From Laetmonice hystrix (taxonomy: Eukaryota), in the NCBI GenBank assembly GCA_965235115.1, contig OZ249438.1:12400001-12464000 (forward strand): a stretch of 64,000 nt of DNA, read 5' to 3'. The translations under genes and the position numbers were made by a program. This document shows positions 13,239-25,200 of this stretch, piece by piece. Numbering within the stretch: position 1 is the stretch's first letter; each line of letters begins with the position of its first letter. The notes beneath the pieces are model-generated. The model had not been told where the DNA came from, ran no database searches, and worked only from the letters and a program-made list of their open reading frames with translations.

Positions 13239-16200
13239 ATGGCTCGGTGGGGGAGCCGGGGCTGGTTGATATGCCTGACAGCGGCGTATATTATCGTTTC
13301 CTCCGTACACGGTGAGGGAGAGGTGGACGATGGGAGGAAATACGTGAAAGATATCCGTGAGGATGATTTTCATCGCTTCACCAAGAGGCCCAGCGTGACG
13401 ATTGTGTATTTTTTCAAGCGAGGTATGTTAACCTCATTCATTTGCCCCGTGCCCGTGGCCACTGACCTGGCAATTTCTGCGTTACCCATGAAAGACTGTG
13501 CCCTGGATTAGACACGTAGAAAATACAATATGGGCTAGACACGTAGAAAATACAATATGGGCATGGCTCGATGGAGATGGAGTCACTCACCTCACCTCAC
13601 ACCCTCGATCTCTTCAGTACAGGAGTAGGATTTAGAATAGAACCCAACAAACTGGCAAAAGCGAAACTGAACACAAAGGGCACGTACCCCAACTAAATTT
13701 TTTATACTGATCCTGGCCAGGGGCAGATCCAGGATTTTTCCAAAGGGGGGGGGGGGGGGTACAGAGACGCCAACAGTGCTGAGCTCACGAAGCGAGGGAG
13801 CCCTAACACCAGTAACGGGTGGGGTCCAGTGGTCGCTTATAATTGTTGGGGGCTGTTAAAAAAATTACATCGCTATTTTGGGCCAAATCTGACACACCCA
13901 CCCCCGTAAAGCTCTGCAATGGTAGGCCTTCTTCACAGTCCGTAACGTTTGGACATACCCGCCCCCCCCCCCCCACCCCCAGGTAATTTTTGAACGGCCC
14001 CTTGGCTCTGAGGGGGGGAGGGTTTAAACTCCGGCATGAACACCCCCCCCCCCCCCCCGATCTGCCAGTGCTGCCATAATTATGTACATGCATGATAATC
14101 ATGAGTTAGCATGATTGTGATGGGTGCACCCTCCCCCACTAAATTAAGGTGGTCAACCCCCTTAAAGGTACGCTCTATTGAATTCCTTTTCCGCCTCGGA
14201 CTGCAGCGATGGCCCAGCATCACTTACCTGTTCTAAAAATTGAACGCCCCTTTCCCACCACCTGTCGCAGCCCACGGTACAGCGGTGAGCCCCCCAGTCG
14301 CTGTGTGCTTGCTCGGGGAACGGAGCGTTCAATTTTTAGAACGGGTACATGATGATGGGCCATCGCTGCAGTCCGACGCGGAAACCGAATTCAATAGAGC
14401 GTACCTTTAATAAAGATTTCTGAATTTTGCCAAATTAATTCATGGTTCATTGCAGATCAACCCCATATTAGAAATTTCCTAGAGGAATATGAAAAGTCTG
14501 CAAAATTACTACATCTTTATCGTGTGGAGCTTGGAAAGGTGAGAGATTTTGTGTGTGTTTTAATTACTAAGATAGAAATTGTATTCCATACAGTATTAGC
14601 CTTGACAAGTAAAGAAAAAGCCTCAAGCAGTGTAGTATATTGTTATTTTTTTTTTTTTTTTTTTTTATTTGAACAAAAATCAGCCGTTAACAGTTGTAGA
14701 CATGAACAATTGACATGAGCCGGGCGACTACCGGAGGCCTATATTGGCCTATACTGGTGTCTGTATCTATCTCTGGTAAATATACAATTCAGGTAATTAG
14801 CGGATGAGCTAATGGAGCTGAGATATTGAACTATATGATTACATGTATAGTATGAATAACAAACTTAAGACTAAGAGTGGAAGGAAGCATTGTGTAGTTT
14901 AGGCCTATAGTTTCTGAGAAAATAAGACACTTCTTAGTTTACGTTTGAAGGTTGTGATACAACACTTATGGTCAAATAGTTCAGCGTATATTGCTAAACT
15001 TAAACAAACTTAGGACTAAGAGTGGAAGGAGGCATTGTGTAGTTTATAGTTTCTGAGAAAATAAAACACTTTTTAGTTTGCGTTTGAAGGTTGTGATGCA
15101 GCACTTATGGTCAAATAATTCAGCGTATATATTGCCAAGTCTAGGGAGTTGTACGAGTATCGATTTTTCCATATAGGATGTTCTAGATCTAGGTACGTAC
15201 CAATCATTTTCCTGTCTAGTTTGACGACTTTTAACATTTCTGTTCTTCTGGAACAGTTCGGGGAATGTACTTGGAAGCAAATTATTGTTCATTTTGTATA
15301 TTAAGACCAAGATGACAAATTTATACTGAAGGTCTAGGGGTAGAATGTTCAATGACTTAAAAAGAGGTAGTGTATGATCCAATCTGCCACTTCCAGTAAG
15401 TAACCTAATGATCTTCTTTTGAAGAATAATTATCGGAGACAAAATAGTTTCACCAGCAGAACCCCACACTGACAGACCATTTATCAGATACGGATGTATA
15501 AAGCTGAAGTATAAAATTCTTATGTTGTCTCGTGATATTGTTTTAATTAGCTTTTTAAGGATTGCAAAATTTTTACTAATTTTCAAGGAAATATAGTTAA
15601 TATGGGATTTCCAGTTTAGTTTTTCTTCTATATTAAAACCTAAAAACTTGGTTACACTTACCCTTTGAATTTGATGATTATGAATATAAACATTTACATC
15701 AATAGTAGGGTCAGTTCCTTTCCGAGAAAAAAGAATAAATTTGGATTTGTTTGTATTTAATGATAGCTTATTATCAGCAAGCCAGTTTATAATTAATTTA
15801 AGTTCCTCATTCGCTTTGACAATTAGGTCCACTGGGGAGGAGCCCTGGAGGAATAGACTGCTGTCATCAGCAAACATCCAAAAATAAAATCTTTTTGAAA
15901 CAGTGGGCAAATCATTGATATAAATCAAAAACAATAAAGGACCTAAGATGGAACCTTGTGGGACTCCTGTAAGAACGTTCTGGTTTAGAGAAATACTATT
16001 TTTGAAGATCACTTGTTGTTCACGGTTCATCAAGTAGTTTTCGAACCATTTTAATGGGGTCCCCCTGATGCCATAATGATGAAGTTTGTTTAATAGAATT
16101 TGGAAGTTAACTGTGTCAAACGCCTTGCTAAAGTCCAGAAAGATTCCAAGAACATGCTCTCTATTTTCAAAGGCTTCAGTAATATAATTTACTAAGTATG

Positions 16201-19200
16201 TTACTGCTAGCTCAGTAGAATGTTTTCTTCTGAATCCAAATTGATTTTTATATAAAATATCATGCTTATCCAAGTAGGTAATTAATCTGTTATAAATTAG
16301 TCTTTCAAAAATTTTTGAAATTAAAGGGAGGATAGAAATTGGTCTATAATTATGAAAATTATGAGGGTCACCGTTTTTGAAGATAGGGCGGACTCTAGCT
16401 GTTTTGAGTTCCACGGGGACAATACCTTCTTCAAAAGACAAATTGATAATATGTGTGAGGGGGGTCAATAGAAGATCTGACACAGTCAAGAAGATATCCA
16501 AATTCATTTCATCCCATCCTGCAGCTGCTCTATTTAAGTTATCTATAACTTTAGCAATTTCATCAGTATTGGTAGGGCTGAGGAAGAAAGAGGACTGGTA
16601 ATTACCAGGTAAATAATTATGAAATTTGGGTGGATCAATCTTCTTAGCTAGGTTTGGTCCTACGTTTACAAAATAATCATTAAATCCGAATTATACCAGA
16701 ATTATTATTGCTATGTAATAAAGAGTACTACACTCTGTCCTGGGTACGGTACCAATTTGTTTCCAGGTAACATGTCCAGAAGGAGATCCAGAGCATGAAG
16801 CCACTGAATACTGCAAGGAGGAAGGAGTGGAAGAAAATGTTTATGCATTTAGGTAAGAGCACAGGGGCCCGTCTCACTAAAGGCTGGTTAATAACCAGAT
16901 CGTTAAGTTAACATAGGAGTGAATGGAAGGCTGCTGGTTACTGTAACCAGCAGCCTTCCATTCACTCCTATGTTAACTTAACGATCTGGTTATTAACCAG
17001 CCTTTAGTGAGACGGGCCCCTGGGCAATTTTTAGGAATGAGGAGGCTAAATAGATGAACTCAGGAGTAACCCCACCCCACCCGACTTTTTTCACAAGAGT
17101 TTTTATACAGAAAAAAAATGCATTCATAGTGGACATTATAGGATTTAGAGGGGTTGTAAGAAAGAGTTTTATAATTTGTAGGGTGGGGGGATATGGTGTA
17201 CAATCCATTTTGGGGCAGGTAAAAATAGGAATGATTTTTGCAATACATAATTTATGAATGGTACTGTAGGGAGCTGAATTGGCAGTGGTGTTAATGGGAA
17301 TACAATGGCTTTTGGTATAAAGAAGGCCCATTCCCATCAAACTTCACCTCAGGATAATATCCTGGACTAACTTATAAGTTGACTTGGTCTTCAGACACAT
17401 GTGGCCATGTATAAGATACACCTCGATTCATGATTAATTTTAGAAAGAAACTAGACCTCCAGATTGCAGGCAATCAGGTATCCCGTTCCTCTATGGATGT
17501 GGCTAGAAAAGCTGTGTATGACATGAAAGAAAGTCAACCATACCAGCAATGAACGAATAGTAATTATGGGTCCATGGTAGACTATTTACAAGCTTTAGCA
17601 TTGGGAAATTGGAGAAATAACAATGACATCCTAATGACGTCATAGGTTACGTCACCTAAAAAAAAAAAGTTCCTCAGTGGGGGATTCGAACCCACGACCC
17701 TTGGCATGAAATTCCTACGCTCTACCACTGAGCCAACCTTGCAAGTGAGTAATTTTTAGAGTGTTGCTGTAAATGAATGACCACAGTGGTAAAGAACTAT
17801 ATGCATTACGTCATACCACGGTTACGTCACGGCAGGCTTATAAAGGACGCATAGTGGAAGAGAATTATGCCATAAACATTAGACATGACAGAGATTCAGC
17901 CAACTTCCGGATTACATGCAAAATAGACAAACTTCGAAATCACGTGACTCAACCATATGACGTCAGATCACAATAATTTGCCGTAACTTTGTACAGCCCA
18001 CTATGGAGAATACTATGCAGCCATTTATTTTTTGTTTCATCAAGAAACAAAGCACCTATATCCTTTTGACTGTTTTCTACGTTATTACATATGTCTGAGT
18101 TAGGTCAAAGGTCAAAGGTCAAATGTATGGGGCAAATGATAGAGTTACTAGTGCTGAGTAAGTTGGCATGAATAACTTTTGTCTATCTCTGCCCAGAAGT
18201 GTACCACGTGACACCAAAGTTGCTGTGTTTATGACGTCATAAAATGACGTCATGACGTCCCATGACTTATTCCATCGTATGTCGAGATCTTCATGTTATG
18301 ATGAATCATCCCTGCAAGTTTCATCCAGATATCTTGAACAGTGAGCTAGATATTTCCCTATATTCCCCATAGGTTAACTACTACTACTACTACTACTACT
18401 ACGACAATAATAATAATAATAGTGTACACCCAAACCGTACAATTTTAGAATCCCGTTCCTCAGTCAGAGGAACGGGATAACAAGTGTGGCTTATAGTCAG
18501 AAAGTCACTGTGTCTGTCTAAATCTGTTGTCACAGAGATGGCCATGAGCTGTTGGCACTTTCCTTGGAAAACACCTTCGATGTCAACTCTATCATGTCCA
18601 ACGTCCTCCAGTAAGTCTTCAAAAACTAATTAACCCTCTTACAGAAAAAAATAGAGACTACAGTCAGACCTCGTTTATCCGAACAGCTTGGTGCCCATTA
18701 AAATATGTTCAGATTGGGACACATACAGACTAATTACTGAATTATTTTATATAGAATGGTAGAAAAGGTCACCGGAAAGTGTGTTTGGATTGTGAGGTAA
18801 ACAGATTAAAGAAGCACAGATTAAAGAGGTCTGGCTGTATGTTAATTGTAAGGCACGGTTTGTACATCAAAATATTTAGTAGAAGTCAGAACTTGACCTG
18901 CTGGACCTTTTTCTAAAGAATGTGACAGGACTGGTCTCATATCAGTACTTTGTATTGTTCAATCAAGAAGTAATTTCGAAAAAAAAATTTGGCCTTCATA
19001 GGCCACAAACTTAAAAACATTTGGTATTTTTTCTGATACTGGTATTGAAGAGCTAACATGTGGATTGTGCGCTGTCTTTCAGGATTGTTCTTCTCAGAGA
19101 GGTTCCTATTCTACAGACCCGTAAGGAGAGGCATGACTTTGAGACGAAACACAAAGGGTTGCACGACATCATATTTAGCTATCAGTCAGCCATTGGCACA

Positions 19201-22200
19201 TATGGTTCGTTACCAGTATATGATCAATATATTAATTAAATTTATATTATTAGGCCTTTGTTGGTTATTTGTTTGGGTATGAGATAGAGAAATACAATCT
19301 GAAAAATAGTTTGTTTCTCCATTCCATGAAATAATGAAGATCTGTTGATTTCAGGGCAAAGTATTTATGGTTTGTAGTTTGATAAAGAAAGATTGCTGAG
19401 TTTAAAACTTGTTTGTGATTCACATAGATCTTAAATGTTAGTGATAAAGATATTAACTCTGCTTTCAAATCACAGGTAATGCCCCTTATAATTATTATCA
19501 TAAGTCAGAGCCAGAACTAGTGCACCTGGGAAGTATTATATGTGTTCGTTACATTTACCTACTCCAGACATATCATTATTGGTGTAAATTATATATTTAT
19601 ATTTCTTTTTCTTTTTTTTTTTTTAAATATATTTATATTTCAGTGCACCGGGTGCTCATGGAAGTGGCTTTTGCCTACAATACCAAATACAAGTTTGCTA
19701 TCACTACGGAAAAGACAGTCATTCAGGATTTAAGGTAAGCTTTCTGTTTCGTTATTTTCCAAGGTAAAAGATATACCTAGTAAATAACAGATTAGATTAG
19801 AGAATTTCAATCATTTCTTTTGGTATCTTGTACCAATATCACATAAATGATCAAACCAAATTCGAACATCAATGCTGATGTTAAATTGCTTTTCTTTTCA
19901 TTTGTTTATAAGTGAAAGTGGAACAGGGGAGAGTGCCATGGTGTGGATTCTTCAGTGTAAATCAACAACTGACAACGCACCGTGTCCACACAGCAAGTAC
20001 CATGACAGTATGGATCTCGTTCTACTGGCCAGGTTTCTCAAAGTTCTCAACATCAACTTGATTGTAAGTTGTTGGCATTTCTTTTCAAATGTTTGAGAAG
20101 AGATAAGGGTCAAATCAGTTTTCAGGAGAACTTTTTCAGTAATTCCTGGCATCAGCACCTTTAAAATGGAACTTAGGACTTCATTTATTTATTTATTAAT
20201 GCCAGATATAGCTCTTTATTGAGTTTCAACTGGCTTTCCATAAAATCAGTTAATCAGTTTAAGAATGGAGTTTATTTTGTGTTTTTGTTGCTGTCGACCT
20301 GTCATAGCATGACATTGGAACACAAGAGGCTGTCAACCCATTTGAAGATTACAACCTTCACGTTGTTGCCATATATTACGATGAGACTGTACATACCCGG
20401 GCCTTGGAACTCGCTGAACATCTAAAGTCTGTGTTTTATGGAGTCATTGGAGTCCTACTCGTTGATGTGTGAGTAATTTTATCTTTTTACCAGTACTTTT
20501 TATTGCTTCCCAAATTATTGCCTTGTGTCTTTCCCATTTTATCCAAAGCAAAGTGATTCAAAAATGGAATACGAACCTGACGTGGCAGAGTAACAACTCT
20601 ATATGAGAGATTTTGAATTATGAGAGTTGTGTGACTGTGACCTGTAATTTTGATAGGAATCATGTTGACGCTGGCCAGTTTGGGTACATCGCAGGAAGCA
20701 CTGATGTTCCAGGGGTGTCAGTCGTACTGAGGTCGACTGTGAGTATTACAGGTTGAGGGCACACACATTAAATTTTCAGTTTTGTTGATATTAGTATATA
20801 TGTGGTGTCATATCTTGGGGATAGATTTTGTATTGTTTTTTTTTCTAACCTCATCCACCAGATTACGTAAATTGACACTCAACAATAGCTTTTAGTGTCT
20901 TTTGAAGAAGGGTTATTTTAACCACTTTAGTTTCATAGGCCTAAGGTACCGTCATGCCACCTGTAGGTAATAAAGAGTACTAGAGATGTGGGCGTTCAAG
21001 TTTGATCTATGATTCGATAGAGGGCGCCCTAGTACTGCCCTGATTTCAAAAGTTAACCATAGAAAAAATCAAAAGCAAAAACAAAAAAATCTTTGCTGCC
21101 AAAAAGAAAATTCGAATTGATTTTAGGAATTAAATCTTATATGCTAGTGCTAGGGGCCTAACGCTAAACCATTGTATAAAAACACATACTTACGTACCCA
21201 AAGATTAATCATATTCCCAATTGTCTTTTTCCCTTTTGTTTTCAAAGTAGACCTTGATAAGAAAACGGGAATTACATAGAATTATGAGTGTGTGTATTTG
21301 TTATAACACCGTAGGTTGAGCCGGTTTCTATGGAGGGAGAAGTGACGAAGGTGACGACAGAAATGTTTGTGGCTCAACAGTTGAATACCGTGTTAGGTGC
21401 GAGAAGGCTTGCTGGGGCAGCGGGGGAGGCCTACACTGATGACAGTATGTACCGGGTGATTCATATTAACTGATACACTTCTTTTTTTAACCAATAAAAT
21501 ACTTGGTCGATGAGCACTGATGACTAAACTAATAATTTGATGGTTTGTCGTTTGTATATTTTGAGGGCATAGACAGTGTGCATTTACCCTTGGAGTTTTA
21601 TCGAACCTTCATGCTCTGCTGTAGACGCTTTGACATTACTGCTTCAGATGATTAAAGAAAATCATATCTAATTAAAATTAAAAAACATGTCCGATGAAGT
21701 TGTAAATTCGTCTTTGAATGTTGAATTTGACGTTTGTCTGTGCCAGTTAAAGAGCGCCACCTTCTGGCTGACGTCGACAAACAAGATGACCAGGTGGCCG
21801 AGGCAGTGACGCGCACACAGCACATCGAGCCCGACCGCACGTACATTCCTGCCCTCACAGATAAGACATTCCCAAAGGAAACAAAGAACCGAAATCTGCT
21901 TATTGTATTCTTCTATGTTACCTGTAAGTCACTACTTCTATGTTACCTGTAAGTCACTACTTCTATGTTACCTGTAAGTCACTACTTCTATGTTACCTGT
22001 AAGTTACTACTTCTATGTTACCTGTAAGTTACTACTTCTATGTTACCTGTAAGTTACTACTTCTATGTTACCTGTAAGTTACTACTTCTATGTTACCTGT
22101 AAGTTACTACTTCTATGTTACCTGTAAGTTACTACTTCTATGTTACCTGTAAGTTACTACTTCTATGTTACCAGTAAGTTACTACTTCTATGTTACCTGT

Positions 22201-25200
22201 AAGTTACTACTTCTATGTTACCTGTAAGTTACTACTTCTATGTTACCTGTAAGTTACTACTTCTATGTTACCTGTAAGTTACTACTTTTAACAGGTGTAA
22301 ACATTTGGGGTTTTATCAATGATATAACCCCAAAAACACTTGCTATAAACTCTCAATTCTAGCATATTCATGCTCGAGGCATCATGTAAATCCGCGAGAG
22401 AGCCTCGTAAGTTTTCAAAGCTGAAACATGCATCATGTTTGATATGCAGTCGACACTGTCAGCATGGCCTTCATGCGTTCCTACGTGGAGGCGTCACACA
22501 TGCTAGCCAAACAGACCCTGTACCCACTGGCCGGAGTGGACTGTTTTGATTGGACGGACGTCTGCAGCAAGTACAACGTAACAAACTACCCAAAGCTGCG
22601 CATTTACAGGAAGGGGAAAGAATCCATGGAATACAAAGGAATGCTTGGGGCTGCCCCAGTCGTGAACTTGGTGAAATTGTAAGTTGAATCAGTAATATGT
22701 ATCCGTTTTTGAAGTAACAAAAATTATTGTAAATAGCTTGAAAAGTTATTATTTATTTAATTTTAGATATTTGAGTAATTTTTTACAGTCATAAAGACCA
22801 GCAGGCAGTCATAGAAAATATATTTCAAAATACATGTATATTACATGTATGTTACTTTATTTCCTAGACTGATGGCGGACGCTCCGGTTTACCTAGCGTC
22901 CCACCAGGAGGTAGCACTGTTCCTTGATGGCCTCTACCCTTCGATTGTAGGGGGCAGCACTGTATACACTGTCCTGGGCCTCTTCAACAAAGACCACAAA
23001 AAAGGTGAGACGAAGTTTTTGAAAAAATAAAGAAAAAATCTGCAGTTGGCTTTCAAAGATACTTCCTTTAAAAAGTCCACTGAAGGTGGGGGTCTACAAG
23101 ATAAAAAAGAGAATCATGTTTAATATTGTATTATATTTATATGCAGAGTTAGCAGCTTTTAAGGAGGCAGCAATAACGTCACATGGCACAACACTGTTCG
23201 GCTACACGTCACCAGACATCACACAACTTCTGTAAGTTTTTTTTTATCTTCTCCAACCTGAATTGTAAGGTTCATTCTAAGTATAAAGGTTCGTTAAAAC
23301 ATTACATACCTGATAAGTATTTTTGTTGTTTAACTTTTTTTCATAAACAAATATGGAATAGGTACATTTTCAATATTGATTGGTTCTCTCTTTTTTTAGC
23401 TGCAGCAAGTTCGCCACCCAAGCTCCGAGTGTAGTTGTCTACAAAAGAAATGATCTCCTAAAACCTCATCATGTGTTCAGGAATGAGATGACCCTGTCCA
23501 ATATCCTGGACTTCATCAAAGAGTATTCCTTACCCACTTTTGTAAGTAGAACAGACATTGGTTTTGTAAGCCAGTAACTTATAATTTAAACCTTCATCTG
23601 CGATTTTCATATGTATATTGAGGCCACTCAGTCAGATCGCCTCATTCTATAAATAGAATTCTAGAAACCTTGTTATATACCTTGTGTGTATATCCATCAA
23701 TATGTATGAATTGTGTGTTCCACCATGGCAGCCAGAAATAAATACCCGGAACTTCCCAGCGCTGTACGCACGACGTCAGCCCTTCGTCATTCTTTTTGAC
23801 GAATACATCAAGGTTGGTTCAGGCGCCCACCAACAGGTGGCAGCAGTGGCACAGTCAGGCGTCTTTCCCAAGTTTACCTTTGGCTGGATGGAGTTGTGAG
23901 TATTTTTGTTTTGAGTCTGGCGTATACACTTCTTTTTTTAAGCTTAGCTGCTGCTAGAGAAATCTGTAAATTATAAACTAACAATTAATTATAAATAAAA
24001 AGTTAAATGTCCTAACCATTTCACATGTATAAACCTATTTTGGCATGGAGTCTCATCCTCACTAACTCCAAGTCGGTTTAATATGAGATAAGGTATCATT
24101 GATGTGTGCTGTTATTAGATCATAAACCATTGTATTTTGTATAGAACCCGTGACGACGGAGTGGCAGGCAAAGTTCTACTCGAGTACAACCAGTTCGCTG
24201 AACCCCCAGCCCTCTTCTTGGTCAGCCATCAAACGGTACGTTCAGGGGGTGCCCAAGGGGGCAGTTCCCCCACCCCCTTTCAAAATAGATTTAAAAATTA
24301 GTTAGATAATGCCTCTGCCCCCCCTGCAGAAACACTCCTTTGCCCCCCCCCCCCCCCCCCCCCCCCCGACTACCCCTTTATTAGCCCTTGTAAAATAACC
24401 ATCGGGCAGACTTAGAACTATTTGTACGATTTGAGGTCATAAATTGGGAATATAGGATTTGGTCAAAAATGACCATTGAAGTGAATTAGGATGACCACGT
24501 TATTTTGTTATATTTTGTAGGGTGTAATCTACAACTATGGTACAAGTGCTATCCAAAAGGAAGCTTTGATTTCCTGGTTGAGTGATGTCGATCAAGAGAA
24601 AGTAAAACCTTGGAGTAAGTAGAAATATCTTCATCATGTCTGTGTGTGTGTTCCTTGATTGACTATCAGAATTTATAACCTTCATCTTAATAACATCAAG
24701 AAACAAATGTATAATAATTTGTTACTTTTCTCCAGAGAAACTTGAGCAGGGTGAATGGAAGCCACTGAACCCTGGTTATGACTTTCTGCAGATGATTGAC
24801 GAGGAGACTGCTGAAGAGGCCGCCCAGAACAAAGGTAACCAAAACGTTATGATCCTATTGACATCAGCGGGGGGAATACAGGCAGCTCTGATGGTATTAC
24901 AGTAAAGATAACGGAGACCGTTTCTTGGTGGAGCTTGAGTTGACATAATTTACTGTTCCAGGTTATGGCTCGTGATCTTGAACAGTAAATTTCTATTCAA
25001 GTTTCAAAAAGAAGCCAGGCCCTGAATTAACTTGTGTTATTTATACATTTTGTATTTTAAAAGGTTACTGTATTTTTGTATCACACTGGCTGGTAGGTGC
25101 TAAGAACTCCTCACTGGTGGAGTGGTCGACATACACCAAGTATTTTTCATACACTGTACGCCCTCAACCCCAACCACAACCATTTGCATCCATATATTTA

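Noticed and set aside
13509-13563. Short local duplications (here 2 copies of ~27 bp; also 7317-7358 and 25335-25395)
   Set aside because: These are ordinary slippage duplications with no evident consequence.
14630-16710. Target-site duplication around the LINE
   Set aside because: No convincing direct repeat was found between the poly(A) flank and the 5' truncation point.
17658-17742. Functional tRNA gene
   Set aside because: The A and B boxes are good, but the acceptor and anticodon stems do not pair properly and it lies inside a transposon-like element.
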